From positions 148,678,001-148,742,000 of the forward strand of contig NC_058368.1 in the NCBI RefSeq assembly GCF_018350175.1: a stretch of 64,000 bases of DNA, in the 5' to 3' direction. Every line of letters begins with the position of its first letter. The first letter of the stretch is position 1. The translations under genes and the position numbers were made by a program. Shown here piece after piece: positions 1 through 12,940 of the stretch. This DNA comes from Felis catus (Eukaryota). A model generated the notes under the pieces. It saw nothing but the letters and a program-made list of their open reading frames with translations. It made no database searches and was not told where the DNA came from.

Positions 1-452
1 GATGCTGAACTATGCAACAGTAAATGCTACTGGTACTTTCTCTGCCTGTATCTACCTGGCACTCACATGTACATTCTGACTGAAGGCTTCTTAGTATAAG
101 AAACTCTTACACACCTTTTTTATGGATATGGGAATTTGCTCTGCTTGCAAGCAAGGCTCAAGTCAGACTTTCTGGGGAGGTCAGTCATTCAAAAACAGTT
201 CTGAAGAAGTTATGAAATGAGGAGTTTGAGAAATACCACAGCTCTCTTAATCCTTGACTGGGGAATCTCTGAGGCATATGCAAATTAATTTCCAGTGTAC
301 CCTACCAAGATTGACATACAGTCATCCACAACACTAATTTGCTCAATAAAACATCTTTTATTGGAGTTCTCTTTCCTATCTCAGTTCCCCCCTCTTCCTT
401 CTTCTATAAACTCCCAAATAAACCTCTTAAACTTAAATTCTATCTCATTGTC
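1..452 (+). mobile_element. Old ERVL-type LTR (LTR16-like), interrupted near its 3' end by an L1; remainder at ~6447-6480
   Basis: 'ctcccaaataaacctcttaaacttaaattctatctcattgt' continues after the L1 as 'ttcttaaggaacaaaacttaaggca', resembling the LTR16 3' end (cccaaataaac...gggaacccaaactaagaca). Confidence 0.55.
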
Positions 453-471
453 TTTTTTTTAAAATTTTTAA

Positions 472-473
<2 letters not shown>

Positions 474-513
<40 letters not shown>
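474..513. repeat. (TA)n microsatellite in the L1 tail
   Basis: About 20 TA units read directly. Confidence 0.95.
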
Positions 514-515
<2 letters not shown>

Positions 516-768
516 CAATATATGAAATTTATTGTCAAATTGGTTTCCATACAACACCCAGTGCTCATCCCAAAAGGTGCCCTCCTCAATACCCATCACC
601 CACCCTCCCCTCCCTCCCACCCCCCATCAACCCTCAGTTTGTTCTCAGTTTTTAACAGTCTCTTATGCTTTGGCTCTCTCCCACTCTAACCTCTTTTTTT
701 TTTTCCTTCCCCTCCCCTATGGGTTTCTGTTAAGTTTCTCAGGATCCACTTAAGAGTGAAAACATATG

Positions 769-3700
769 TTATCTGTCTTTCTCTGTATGGCTTATTTCAC
801 TTAGCAACACACTCTCCAGTTCCATCCACGTTGCTACAAAGGGCCATATTTCGTTCTTTCTCATTGCCATGTAGTACTCCATTGTGTCTATAAACCACAA
901 TTTCTTTATCCATTCATCAGTTGATGGACATTTAGGCTCTTCCCATAATTTGGCTATTGTTGAGAGTGCTGCTATAAACACTAGGGTACAAGTGCCCCTA
1001 TGCATCAGTACTCCTGTATCCCTTGGGTAAATTCCTAGCAGTGCTATTGCTGGGTCATAGGGTAGGTCTATTTTCGATTTTCTGAGGAACCTCCACACTG
1101 TTTTCCAGACTGGCTGCACCAAATTGCATTCCCACCAACAGTGCAAGAGGGTTCCCATTTCTCCACATCCTCTCCAGCATCTATAGTCTCCTGATTTGTT
1201 CATTTTGGCCACTCTGACTGGCATGAGGTGATATCTGAGTGTGGTTTTGATTTGTATTTCCCTCATGAGGAGCGACGTTGAGCATCTTTTCATGTGCCTG
1301 TTGGCCATCCGGATGTCTTCTTTAGAGAAGTGTCTATTCATGTTTTCTGCCTATTTCTTCACTGGGTTATTTGTTTTTCAGGTGTGGAGTTTGGTGAGCT
1401 CTTTATAGATTTTAGATACAAGCCCTTTGTCCGATATGTCATTTGCGAATATCTTTTCCCATTCCGTTGGTTGCCTTTTAGTTTTGTTGGTTGTTTCCTT
1501 TGCTGTGCAGAAACTTTTTATCTTCATAAGGTCCCAGTAATTCACTTTTGCTTTTAATTCCCTTGCCTTTGGGGATGTGTTGAGTAAGAGATTGCTACGG
1601 CTGAGGTCAGAGAGGTCTTTTCCTGCTTTCTCCTCTAGGGTTTTGATGGTTTCCTGTCTCACATTCAGGTCCTTTATCCATTTTGAGTTTATTTTTGTGA
1701 ATGGTGTGAGAAAGTGGTCTAGTTTCAACCTTCTGCATGTTGCTGTCCAGTTCTCCCAGCACCATTTGTTAAAGAGACTGTCTTTTTTCCATTGGATGTT
1801 TTTTCCCACTTTGTCAAAGATGAGTTGGCCATACGTTTGTGGTCTAGTTCTAGGGTTTCTATTCTATTCCATTGGTCTATGTGTCTGTTTTTGTGCCAAT
1901 ACCATGCTGTCTTGATGATGACAGCTTTGTAGTAGAGGCTAAAGTCTGGGATTGTGATGCCTCCTGCTTTGGTCTTCTTCTTCAAAATTACTTTGGCTAT
2001 TCGGGGCCTTTTGTGGTTCCATATGAATTTTAGGATTGCTTGTTGTAGTTTCAAGAAGAATGCTGGTGCAATTTTGATTGGGATTGAATTGAATGTGTAG
2101 ATAGCTTTGGGTAGTATTGACATTTTGACAATATTTATTCTTCCAATCCATGAGCAGGGAATGTCTTTCCATTTCTTTATATCTTCTTCAATTACCTTCA
2201 TAAGCTTTCTATAGTTTTCAGCATACAGATTCTTTTACATCTTTGGTTAGATTTATTCCTAGGTATTTTATGCTTCTTGGTGCAATTTTGAATAGGATCA
2301 GTTTCTTTATTTGTCTTTCTGTTGCTTCATTATTAGTGTGTAAGAATGCAACTGATTTCTGTACATTGATTTTGTATCCTGCAACTTTGCTGAATTCATG
2401 TATCAGTTCTAGCAGACTTTTGGTGGAGTCTATCGGATTTTCCATGTATAATATCATGTCATCTGCAAAAAGCAAATTCTTGACTTCATCTTTGCCAATT
2501 TTGATGCCTTTGATTTCCTTTTGTTGTCTGATTGCTGATGCTAGAACTTCCAACACTATGTTAAACAACAGCGGTGAGAGTGGGCATCCCTGTCGTGTTC
2601 CTGATCTCAGGGAAAAAGCTCTCAGTTTTTCCCCATTTTGGATAATGTTAGCTGTGGGCTTTTCATAAATGGCTTTTATGATGTGTAAGTATGTTCCTTC
2701 TATCCCGACTTTCCCAAGGGTTTTTATTAAGAAAGGGTGCTGGATTTTGTCAAAGGCCTTTTCTGCATCGATTGACAGGATCATACGGTTCTTATCTTTT
2801 CTTTTATTAATGTGATGTATCACGTTGATTGATTTGTGAATGTTGAACCAGCCCTGCATCCCAGGAATGAATCCCACTTGATCATGGTGAATAATTTTTT
2901 TTATATGCTGTTGAATTTGATTTGCTAGTATCTTACTGAGAATTTTTGCATCCATATTCATCAGGGATATTGGCCTGTAGTTCTCTTTTTTTACTGGGTC
3001 TCTGTCTGGTTTAGGAATCAAAGTAATACTGGCTTCATAGAATGAGTCTGGAAGTTTTCCTTCCCTTTCTATTTCTTGGAATAGCTTGAGAAGGATAGGT
3101 ATTATTTCTGCTTTAAACGTCTGGTAGAACTCCCCTGGGAAGCCATCTGGTCCTGGACTCTTATTTGTTGGGAGATTTTTGATAACCGATTCAATTTCTT
3201 CACTGGTTATGGGTATGTTCAAGCTTTCTATTTCCTCCTGATTGAGTTTTGGAAGAGTGTGGGTGTTCAGGAATTTGTCCATTTCTTCCAGGTTGTCCAA
3301 TTTGTTGGCATATAATTTTTCATAATATCCCTGATAATTGCTTGTATCTCTGAGGGATTGGTTGTAATAATTCCATTTTCATTCATGATTTTATCTATTT
3401 GGGTCATCTCCCTTTTCTTTTTGAGAAGCCTGGCTAGTAGAGGTTTGTCAATTTTGTTTATTTTTTCAAAAAACCAACTCTTGGTTTCGTTGATCTGCTC
3501 TACAGTTTTTTTAGATTCTATATTGTTTATTTCTGCTCTGATCTTTATTATTTCTCTTCTTCTGCTGGGTTTAGGCTGCCTTTGCTGTTCTGCTTCTAGT
3601 TCCTTTAGGTGTGCTGTTAGATTTTGTATTTGGGATTTTTCTTGTTTCTTGAGATAGGCCTGGATTGCAATGTATTTTCCTCTCAGGACTGCCTTCGCCG

Positions 3701-4565
3701 CGTCCCAAAGCGTTTGTATTGTTGTATTTTCATTTTCGTTTGTTTCCATATATTTTTAAATTTCTTCTCTAATTGCCTGGTTGACCCACTCATTCGTTAG
3801 TAGGGTGTTCTTTAACCTCCATGCTTTTGGAGGTTTTCCAGACTTTTTCCTGTGGTTGATTTCAAGCTTCATAGCATTATGGTATGAAAGTATGCATGGT
3901 ATGATCTCAATTCTTGTATACTTATGAAGGGCTGTTTTGTGACCCAGTATATGATCTATCTTGGAGAATGTTCCATGTGCACTCGAGAAGAAAGTATATT
4001 CTGTTGCTTTGGGATGCAGAGTTCTAAATATATCTGTCAAGTCCATCTGATCGAATGTATCATTCAGGGCCCTTGTTTCTTTATTGACCGTGTGTCTAGA
4101 TGATCTATCCATTTCTGTAAGTGGGGTGTTAAAGTCCCCTGCAATTACCACATTCTTATCAATAAGGTTGCTTATGTTTATGAGTAATTGTTTTATATAT
4201 TTGGGGGCTCCCGTATTCGGCGCATGGACATTTATAACTGTTAGCTCTTCCTGATGGATAGACCCTGTAATGAGTATATAATGCCCTTCTTCATCTCTTG
4301 TTACAGCCTTTAGTTTAAAGTCTAGTTTGTCTGATATAAGTATGGCTACTCCAGCTTTCTTTTGGCTTCCAGTAGCATGATAAATAGTTCTCCATCCCCT
4401 CACTCTCAATCTAAAGGTGTCCTCAGGTCTAAAATGAGTCTCTTGTAGACAGCAAATAGATGGGTCTTGTTTTTTTATTCATTCTGATACCCTGTGTCTT
4501 TTGGTTGGCACATTTAATCCATTTACATTCAGTGTTATTATAGAAAGATACGGGTTTAGAGTCAT
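769..4565 (-). pseudogene. L1 ORF2p (endonuclease/reverse transcriptase), disrupted
   Basis: ATG at 4565 (MTLNPYLSIITLNVNGLN). Fragments 3756-4409 (GDFNTPL, SKIDHIL), 3267-3749, 2218-3300 ([19 protein letters not shown]), 1725-2201, 1378-1809 and 769-1341 are separated by stops and frameshifts. Confidence 0.96.
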
Positions 4566-4615
4566 TGTGATGTCTGTATGTTTTATGCTTGTAGAGATGT
4601 CTCTGGTACTTTGTC

Positions 4616-5509
4616 TCACAGGATCCCCCTTAGGATCTCTTGTAGGGCTGGTTTAGTGGTGACGAATTCCTTCAGCTTTTGTTTGTTTGGGAAGACCTTT
4701 ATCTCTCCTTCTATTCTAAATGACAGACTTGCTGGATAAAGGATTCTCGGCTGCATATTTTTTCTGTTCAATACATTGAAGATCTCGTGCCAATCCTTTC
4801 TGGCCTGCCAAGTTTCAAAAGAGAGATCAGTCACGAGTCTTATAGGTCTCCCTTTATATGTTAGGGCATGTTTATCCCTTGCTGCTTTCAGAATTTTCTC
4901 TTTATCCTTGTATTTTGCCAGTTTGACTATGATATGTCTTGCAGAAGATCGATTCAAGTTACGTCTGAAGGGAGTTCTCTGTGCCTCTTGGATTTCAATG
5001 CCTTTTTCCTTCCCCAGTTCAGGGAAGTTCTCAGCTATTATTTCTTCAAGTACACCTTCAGCACCTTTCCCTCTCTCTTCCTCCTCTGGGATACCAATTA
5101 TGAGTATATTATTTCTTTTTAGTGCATCACTTAGTTCTCTAATTTTCCCCTCATACTCCTAGATTTTTTTATCTCTCTTTTTCTCAGCTTCCTCTTTTTC
5201 CATAATTTTATCTTCTAGTTCACCTATTCTCTCCTCTGCCTCTTCAATCTGAGCCGTGGTCATTTCCATTTTATTTTGCAGCTCATTTAAAGCGTTTTTC
5301 AGCTCCTCCTGACTGTTCCTTAGTCCCTTGATCTCTGTAGCAAGAGATTCTCTGCTGTCCTCTATACTGTTTTCAAGCCCAGCGATTAATTTTATGACCA
5401 TTTTTCTAAATTCACTTTCTGTTATATTATTTAAATCCTTTTTGATCAGTTCATTAGCTGTTGTTATTTCCTGGTGATTCTTCTGAGGGGAATTCTTCTG
5501 TTTGGTCAT
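4616..5509 (-). pseudogene. L1 ORF1p (~297 codons) with a single internal stop
   Basis: ATG 5509 (MTKQKNSPQK), coiled-coil heptads, then ARHIIVKL and RILYPASLSF motifs. I translated across 5158-4957 and the frame stays open; the only stop is TAG at 5159-5161. Confidence 0.95.
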
Positions 5510-6446
5510 TTTGGATAGTCCCTGGAGTGGTGAGGACCTGCAGGGCACTTCCCCTGTGCTGTGGTGTATAACTGGAGTTGGTGGGCGGAGTCACAGTCAG
5601 ACCTGACATCTGCCCCCAGCCCACCGCTGGGGCCACAGTCAGACTGGTGTGTGCCTTCTCTTCCCCTCTCCTAGGGGCGGGATTCACTGTGGGGTGGCAT
5701 GGCCCATCTGGGCTACTTGCACACTGCCAGGCTTGTGGTGCTGGGGCTCTGGTGTATTAGCTGGGGTCGGTAGGCAAGGTGCACAGGGGCAAGAGGGGCA
5801 GGCTTAGCTTGCTTCTCCTTAGGTGATCCACTTCAGGAGGGGCCCTGTGGCAGCGGGAGGGAGTCAGACCCGCTGCCGGAGGGTTGGCTCTGCAGAAGCA
5901 CAGCATTGGGTGTTTGCGCAGAGCAAGCAAGTTCCCTGGCAGGAACTGGTTCCCTTTGGGATTTTGGCTGGGGGATGGGCGAGGGAGATGGCGCTGGCGA
6001 GCACCTTTGTTCCCCACCAAACTGAGCTCTGTCGTCCAGGGCTCAGCAACTCTCCCTCCCTTTGTCCTCCAGCCTTCCCGCTTTCTGAGCAGAGCTGTTA
6101 ACTTATGACCTCCCAGATGCTAAGTCGCGCTTGCTATTGGAACACACTCTGTCTGGCCCCTCCGCTTTTGCACGCCAGACTTGGGGGCTCTGCTTGGCGG
6201 GCAGGCTGCCCCTCCACCCCGGCTCCCTCCAGCCAGTCTGTGGAGCTCACACCACCTCGCCGCCCTTCCTACCCTCTTCCATGGGCCTCTGGTCTGCGCT
6301 CTGCTCCGTAGACTCCATTCTGCTAGTCTTCTGGTGGTTTTCTGGGTTAGTTGGGCAGGTGTAGGTGGAATCTAAGTGATCAGCAGGACGTGCAGTGAGC
6401 CCAGCATCCTTCTACACCGACATCTTCCTCCAACCCCAGTCCTCTC
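5510..6446 (-). promoter_or_regulatory. L1 5'UTR internal promoter; YY1-like motif variant AAGATGTCGG at 6417-6426
   Basis: GC/CpG-rich relative to flanks. The motif sits near the 5' end and differs by one base from the YY1 consensus AAGATGGCGG. Confidence 0.75.
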
Positions 6447-7035
6447 TCTCATTGTTTCTTAAGGAACAAAACTTAAGGCAGGATTCATGCCTACTCTTTA
6501 ACTAATATCAATATAAATCCAATTTTATTCCAAGATTCGTCTTGGAACCATTTTCTTCCACACTATGTATTTTGCCTTAATGTCCCCAGCTGACAGTAAT
6601 ATTTCCATATTCTAAATACTTGTGATATTAATTATGGCACATAGTTTGACCTTGTATCAATAAACATCTTGAGTTATGCATTTTTTATTCAAAGTTCTTC
6701 TTTATTGTTTCTCCATGATTATATCCCTTTATAATGTTATCGACACATAGTGATCAAAATATTCTTGCTGAATTTTATCAAATCGTCCAGTTGTTCTTGT
6801 AACTTTAAACAGTAAGCATCTTTCCCTTGTGGTTGCATCAGTATCAACCCCTACATCTAGTGTATTTAACAGTTATACAGTGGGTTTGTGAGTAGTTCCA
6901 GCACTGGTGGGATCATTTGTAGAAATATATATGGGTTAGATAATCTAGGTCCCTGGTATAGGCTCATGTCATGAGGGTTAATACCTGACCTTACTCTCTG
7001 AAACCAAAGAATCAACATGATCATCATATGACCTC

Positions 7036-7530
7036 TGTATTTATATTGTGAGAGAAAATAGCAGTTTCCTATGGGTGTTCTTACAAACTGCCACAAAATT
7101 AATGTCTTAACACAAAAGTATTATCTCACACGTCTGAAGGTCCAAAATCCAAAATGTGTCTCATTGGACTAAAATCAAAGCATCAGCAAGGGTGAGTTCC
7201 TTCTGGGGACACTATGGGAAAATTCATCCTCTTGCCTTTTCCAGCTTCTAATGACCACCTGTATTTCTTGACTTATGGCTCCTTCCTCTATCTTCAATGG
7301 CAACATCTCCAAATCTCTTTCTGATTCAGATCTCCTCTCCTACCTTTCTCTTTCACTTTAAAGGACCATTTAAATTATATTGTGCCCACCCAGAAAATCC
7401 ACTATAATCTCCTTATACTAAGGAATCCATCTCCAACCTTAATTTTCCCTTGCCATGTAACAAAACATATTTACAGGTTCTGGGAATTAGGACATGGCAT
7501 CTTTGGGGAATTATTATTCTGTTTACTACA
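7036..7530. mobile_element. MaLR LTR (MLT1B/C-like)
   Basis: Typical MLT1 text 'ttacaaactgccacaaa...cttaacacaaaag..tatctcaca...ttattctgtttactaca'; TG...CA ends; 5-bp TSD acctc/gcctc. Confidence 0.75.
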
Positions 7531-9004
7531 GCCTCCACTTTTTCATGGTGCTGGTGTTGTAGCAACTAAATGAAAAACAGCAAAGCATTATTTCTTTATT
7601 AAAATAGTTTTAATTACGTATATAAGTACCTACATCTGTTATCCTGTGGAATGAGAATCAATAATACATCCTTTGTTTTTTATAGACATACTACAATAGC
7701 TTTTGCAATTGTAATTTTCTATCTTCATTGCATGAAACATTCACATTTACTATTCACACTGAATATTCTAGAGTATGTCTCTTCCCAATTCCATAAGTCA
7801 ATATCTCTGTGCGTTAATCATGGTTGAAGTGATCAGCACCTTTATTCTGCACATTCAATGTCTTTATTTTTTTCAAACTTTTTGATAACTTCTACAACAA
7901 ATTGTTAAAACATCTTCTTTACTCTAAACCCTATAGAAAACAGGCACTGAGGGAGGATAAAGTATGATACTATCCAAACTCAGAAGTATAGGGGCAACCC
8001 AGTCAAGGTATGACATCACCAAGAGAGTGAAAGTAAAATAAAGCCAAGAACATCTGAGAAGGCTCACAATACTTGTGAGTACAAACACTGGCCTGCTCAG
8101 TTTTATTGCTTTATTAAACTCAAAGCTAATGCAAATATCTTGTTTTTCCCTGAGTGTTTAAGCCAGGGACTTCCAAAAACTATTAGGAAATAATTTCACC
8201 TGCTGATGAATTCATGTTGGCTGTAAAGCATGCTGTTTTATTTCCTGAAAAGAGTCCTTTACTCAATAGGTATGTAGAGGAGGGAGAAAATAATCTTAGC
8301 AGAGATTTTATTTCATTTGAAACCCTCACTGGGTGCTTACTACATGATAAGCATAGTTTGTAGCACTAGAGATACTACAGCAAAATAAAACAAAACAAAG
8401 GTCTTCCCTTCATGAAGCATGAATTCTTGTGGAAAGGATAGGCAATAAAAGGAAAAAGTATTTTCAATTTTAGAATTTATTATTATTAGTGGCTTTATAG
8501 TTATAATAGATGGATATTTTTCATTTTTAGTAATGACCAAAATCATATTGAATTTGTAATTTACTATGTTTTGGTTTCATGAGACATTGAAATAATGCTG
8601 ACCAGAGAAAAGGAAAAAAAAGTAAGGTAAGGGAGATAGGGAGTATTAAGGCTGTAGAGAAAGCAACATGTAGAGAAGAAAACAGTGGAGCATAATCTTG
8701 TGGAAGGTAAGGAAGCAAATCATGGGTATCCTGTGGAGAAGAGCAATCAGGGAAAAATGAACAGTGTGAAAGTTTCCAACAGAGGTGGGATTGGGATGTT
8801 AAATGGCTAACAAGGAAGCCCCAGTAACTCTGCAGAACAGGACAGGAGGCAGTGGCATGAGATGAATGAGATATGTGATATGGCAGGTCATTTAGGGACA
8901 TGGAAGTTGCAAAGAATTTAACTTTTATTCTGAGTAAAATGGACAGACTTGAAGGGTTTCAATACAGGAGGCCTAATGATTTATGCTTTAAAAATTCAAA
9001 GATG

Positions 9005-9237
9005 GCAAACTAAGGAACAGACTCGTAACTCTAGAAAACAAACTGATGGTTACCAGAGGGAAGGTGGGTTACCAGAGGGAAGGCATGGATAAAATACAAG
9101 ATGGGGATTAAGGAGTGCATTTGTTGTGGTGAGCACTGGGTGATGTATGGAACTGTTGAATCACTATATTGTACACCTGAAACTAATATTACACTGTATG
9201 TTAACTAACCGGAATTTAAATAAAACTAAAAAAAAAA
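9005..9237 (+). mobile_element. 5'-truncated carnivore L1 3'UTR fragment
   Basis: 'aaacaaactgatggttaccagaggg...gtacacctgaaactaatattacactgtatgttaac' plus A tail; internal tandem duplication at 9048-9083. Confidence 0.85.
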
Positions 9238-9245
9238 GAGTTCCT

Positions 9246-9440
9246 TGGAGTACCTGGGTGGCTCAGTTAAGCGCCTGACTTTGGCTCAAGTCATGATCTC
9301 ATGATTCATGAATTCAAGCCCCGAGCTGGGATTTGTGCTGACAGGTCAGAGCCTGGAGCTTGCTTCTGTCTCCATCTCTCTCTGCCCTCTCCAGCTTGCA
9401 CTCTTTCTCTCAAACATATATAAACATTTAAAAAAATGAA
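9246..9440 (+). mobile_element. Can-SINE (older) inserted at the L1 A-tail
   Basis: tRNA-derived head 'cctgggtggctcagttaagcg', CT tract, A tail; flanking aaaaaaagag repeats. Confidence 0.9.
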
Positions 9441-10697
9441 AAAAAAAGAGGTCTGTTTGGGACACTTTAATTTGGGGATATCTGTTAGAAATTAAAGCAG
9501 AGAAATGGAATCAGGCAGTTGGATATAAAGGTCTGGTGTTCAAGGAAGAGGCTCAAAGCAGAGACATAAAACTAATCCAATATATAAAATCAAGTTGAAA
9601 ATGATAATAGATAGGAATAGAATGATTGTAACACTGATGAAGTCACAGTGAATCAAATGTAATGGTCACTGATATAAAAGTCAACTAAAAGATCTGGGCT
9701 AATAAAATTCAGTGTTCTTAATGTTATTGGTAAAAGACAATATCAGATATTGATGACTGAGTATCACTTGTAGAAAATGAAACTATGATCCAACTAATAG
9801 CATTAAGTAAGCAATCAGAAGAAATTAAAGATTTACAAAGATGGCTTATGAATTTTACTTTTTTTGTGTTTATCTAAAGACAATTTAACTGAAGAATAGG
9901 TGACCTATTAACCACTTTCCAAACTATATAGAAAATTGTGATTTACCTGAATGGAACTGAAGGGGGTTATAAATGAAGGTTATAATCCAACTCCTGAATC
10001 TATCATTTAGTGGTCATTCAGCAAGTGATGCTAATCAAGGGTAATTTCTTTCCTTAAAAAGCAATAATTGAAAGAGAAAACTCATCTAATTGAACTAAAT
10101 GTTTGATTACCAAGTATTGATAAGAACAAAACCTGGGACACTTCTGGGTGTCCAGGTAATATTAATGAATAGAAAAGTCCCCCAAGTACCTGCTCTAGAA
10201 TAAATCAACTGTTTTCTTCTACTCTTGAAAACAATAACTAAATTTCAGGAAGAACAAATAACATTGTCCTTGAATGAGTCACAGGCCTAACCCTTTGGAT
10301 AAGTATCAAAAGAAGGATAGGCAGGTAAAAATAATAGATGTATACTATATATACTGTGTACATGGCTTTGAAACAGTCAAGCATAAGAGTATTTATATCA
10401 GCTAAATCCAAGTATCCCTAGGATCTATGCTTTGTATAAAGAACACTCATCCTGGGATCCAACAAGTCTCAGTCTTGCCAAATACGAGTCACACAGTATA
10501 TCAGTATATCAAGAAGTTATGGGGTAACCAACGAGGTGTGTATACAAAAAGGTCTGAAGCAGGAGATGGGGAGAAATCACCTATTAGTTCCTAGTACACA
10601 AATTTGTGAAAGATTCCCATTAAAACCATCAACCAACATCAGGATGGCAATGTGAATTGTCATGGTAACAATGAATGATCTGTATAGGAGAGTGTAT

Positions 10698-10728
10698 TTG
10701 TGTGTGTGTGCATGCACATGTGTTTGTA

Positions 10729-10765
<37 letters not shown>
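10698..10765. repeat. (TG)n compound microsatellite
   Basis: Read directly. Confidence 0.9.
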
Positions 10766-10768
<3 letters not shown>

Positions 10769-10774
10769 TATGTG

Positions 10775-10873
10775 GGAAGAATCATTCCAGTTTGTCTGAC
10801 ACTGTGGGGATTCATGGTAAATTTTAGTGCTACAACCAGGAAAATCCTGGGCAACCAATACAAGTTAGTCACA
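10775..10873. mobile_element. MER94-like hAT relic
   Basis: 'atcattccagtttgtctgacactg...atcctgggcaaccaatacaagttagtcac' resembles the MER94 inverted termini. Confidence 0.5.
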
Positions 10874-11097
10874 GGTATCTCTGTGAAACTTAAAGATGAA
10901 TTAAATTTTCAAAATAAAATGTTAATTCCTTTTGTATTCTATACTAATCTTCTATTTTAAAAAAACACACTTTCTTAGTAATAATCTGCCCATCCCAACT
11001 CCTATTCTGCTTGCTTCCTTCTTTCTACCCCACCATATAACCTGTCTTTTTTTTTTTTTTTAATTTGGCGATAGGAGTCCTAGGTAATGTTATTATT

Positions 11098-11318
11098 TTT
11101 TTTTAATTTTTTTTTCAACGTTTATTTATTTTTGGGACAGAGAGAGGCAGAGCATGAACGGGGGAGGGGCAGAGAGAGAGGGAGACACAGAATCGGAAAC
11201 AGGCTCCAGGCTCTGAGCCATCAGCCCAGAGCTTGACGCGGGGCTCGAACTCACGGACCGCGAGATCGTGACCTGGCTGAAGTCGGATGCTTAACCGACT
11301 GCGCCACCCAGGCGCCCC
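11098..11318 (-). mobile_element. Young felid Can-SINE (SINEC_Fc-like)
   Basis: CpG-rich; perfect 15-bp TSD ggtaatgttattatt (11083-11097 / 11319-11333). Confidence 0.97.
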
Positions 11319-12043
11319 GGTAATGTTATTATTGACCTGAATCAGATCTTCTTCCACTATACTCAATTTTGTTTTAATGTAAGGTTTACCAGTCTTAAAC
11401 ACTGTGTGTATATTTTCTAGATCTGTGATTTTATGGTTGTATTATCAAAGATAAAAGTATAAACATAATTATTCTAAGTGATTCTTTGTCTGTTAATTGA
11501 TGTTTAGCTACTATGGATTCATATACTTGAAGAATTTACTATTGATTGATGAATGAAGTATTTGGTCTTTTAAGGAGGTAGTTGAAATATATTATATTAG
11601 TAATAACATGTGTTTCACAGGCTAATGAAATATAACCATATTCGCATTTAGAGTTGATAAAGAATTTTCTTCATTTTTTCCAATGAGCTGCATGAGTATC
11701 GTGAAGGAACCAAGGAGCAAATGAATATAGGTCTTTCCTATAAGATGGAGACAATATAATAGGAGAGATAAGGCAACCACTTTAAAAATGAATAAAAAGC
11801 ACAGATTAGGCGCAGAAAGTTTTACAGTCTCTAGCCAGGTATATATAAAACATTCTGAAAGCTTGGATAGGGAGGTGCTATACACTATAGAGATAATGCA
11901 ATTGTACAGAAAAAAGTAATTTCCTTGACTGCAGTTTGAGTCTTAAAAAAGAAAACAGCATTTTTTAAGCCTCATATAATACTGAGCTTTATGTTCAGAT
12001 GGCATTTTATTCTTATCCCAATGTAAGAAAGCTTTAAAAAGTT

Positions 12044-12200
12044 CCCCTCCCTCTTCCCTCTTTCTTTCCTTCTTTTTTTTCTGATCTTTTTTCTTTCCTC
12101 ACTTCATTTTTCCTTCTTTTCTTTCTTGTTCTCCCTTTCCTGCCGTTTTCTTTCCTCCCACCCCTTTATCTTCTGTCTCCTATTCCTCTTCCTTTTTTTC
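12044..12200. repeat. Polypyrimidine low-complexity tract
   Basis: Almost entirely C/T. Confidence 0.8.
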
Positions 12201-12351
12201 TTAAATAGCCAGTACTATACATATGGTATTTTTATTTCAAAGAAGTTGGTAAAAGAGTAGCTAAAAGTCTCGTACCCAGGATATAAGAGGCTGACATTGA
12301 GTAGTAATATTATTAAATGTCATTAAAACAATCTTGGCCCACCTTTTCTCT

Positions 12352-12901
12352 TATATTAGATTTCTATAGCTGCTGTAACGAATTATCACATACCTAGCAG
12401 CTTAACAACATCACATATGTTTTGTCTTATAGTTCTACAGGTCAAAGGCCTGGTACAGTTTTCAGAAGGCTTAAATCAAGTGTTGGTAATCTGTGTTCCT
12501 TTCTAGAGTATATAGTAGGAAAATTGTTCACTGCTTGCTTGGCTGTTGGCAGATTCATGTCTTGTGTGAGTAAGACTGAGGTTCCTGTTTCTTTGCCAGC
12601 TATAGCTTGAGGGCCAATCCCAACTACGAGAGTCGACCATATTTTCTGGGTCATGGCCTTCTTCCTCTATTCACAATGCTAGCTGCAAGTCAAATCCTTC
12701 TCGTATCAAATCTCTGTCACACACTCTATATCTGTCCTCCTCCTTCTATAGACTCGTGTTATTAGATTAGGATCTCACAGATAATCAAGAATTATGAAGG
12801 TCCTTAACCTTAATCACATCTGTAAAGTTCCTTTATCATATTCACAGGTTTTGGGATTTAGGATGTAGACACTTGGGAAAGCCATTATTCTGCCTATCAT
12901 A
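12352..12901. mobile_element. MaLR LTR (MLT1D-like)
   Basis: 'tatattagatttctatagctgctgtaacgaattatcaca...gccattattctgcctatcata'; 5-bp TSD tctct (12347-12351 / 12902-12906). Confidence 0.85.
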
Positions 12902-12940
12902 TCTCTGCTAACATCAATCTAGATGGTAGATTATCTAAAA

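Larger units (their letters stand above)
453..6446 (-). mobile_element. Full-length (~6 kb) young felid LINE-1 (L1_Fc-like), inactivated
   Basis: Contains a GC-rich 5'UTR (~5510-6446), ORF1, a 50-nt spacer, ORF2 (EN, RT with FADD, C-terminal Cys-rich region), a G-rich 3'UTR and an A/TA tail. Imperfect TSD tctcattgtc(tt) 443-454 / tctcattgtttctt 6447-6460, followed by AA (TTCTT/AA endonuclease-like site). Confidence 0.97.
8330..9570 (-). mobile_element. L2 LINE remnant split by an L1 tail and a SINE
   Basis: L2-like segments at ~8330-8440, ~8590-8990 and ~9450-9570 ('aggcagttggatataaaggtctgg..tcaaggaagagg'). Confidence 0.6.

Noticed and set aside
278..285. Octamer ATGCAAAT
   Set aside because: A single 8-mer within an old LTR is expected by chance in 64 kb of AT-rich DNA.
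339..5162. Plus-strand ORFs overlapping the first L1 (e.g. 2243-2668, 4776-5162) and equivalents such as 32301-32861
   Set aside because: These are antisense shadows of L1 ORFs; they recur in each L1 copy and have no independent gene signals.
9690..10520. Faint CR1/L3-like sequence
   Set aside because: Similarity is too weak to support without an alignment.
11115..11402. Near-identical peptides at 11115-11402 and 54826-55128 (GAPGWRSRLS...)
   Set aside because: Translations of Can-SINE copies, not a gene family.
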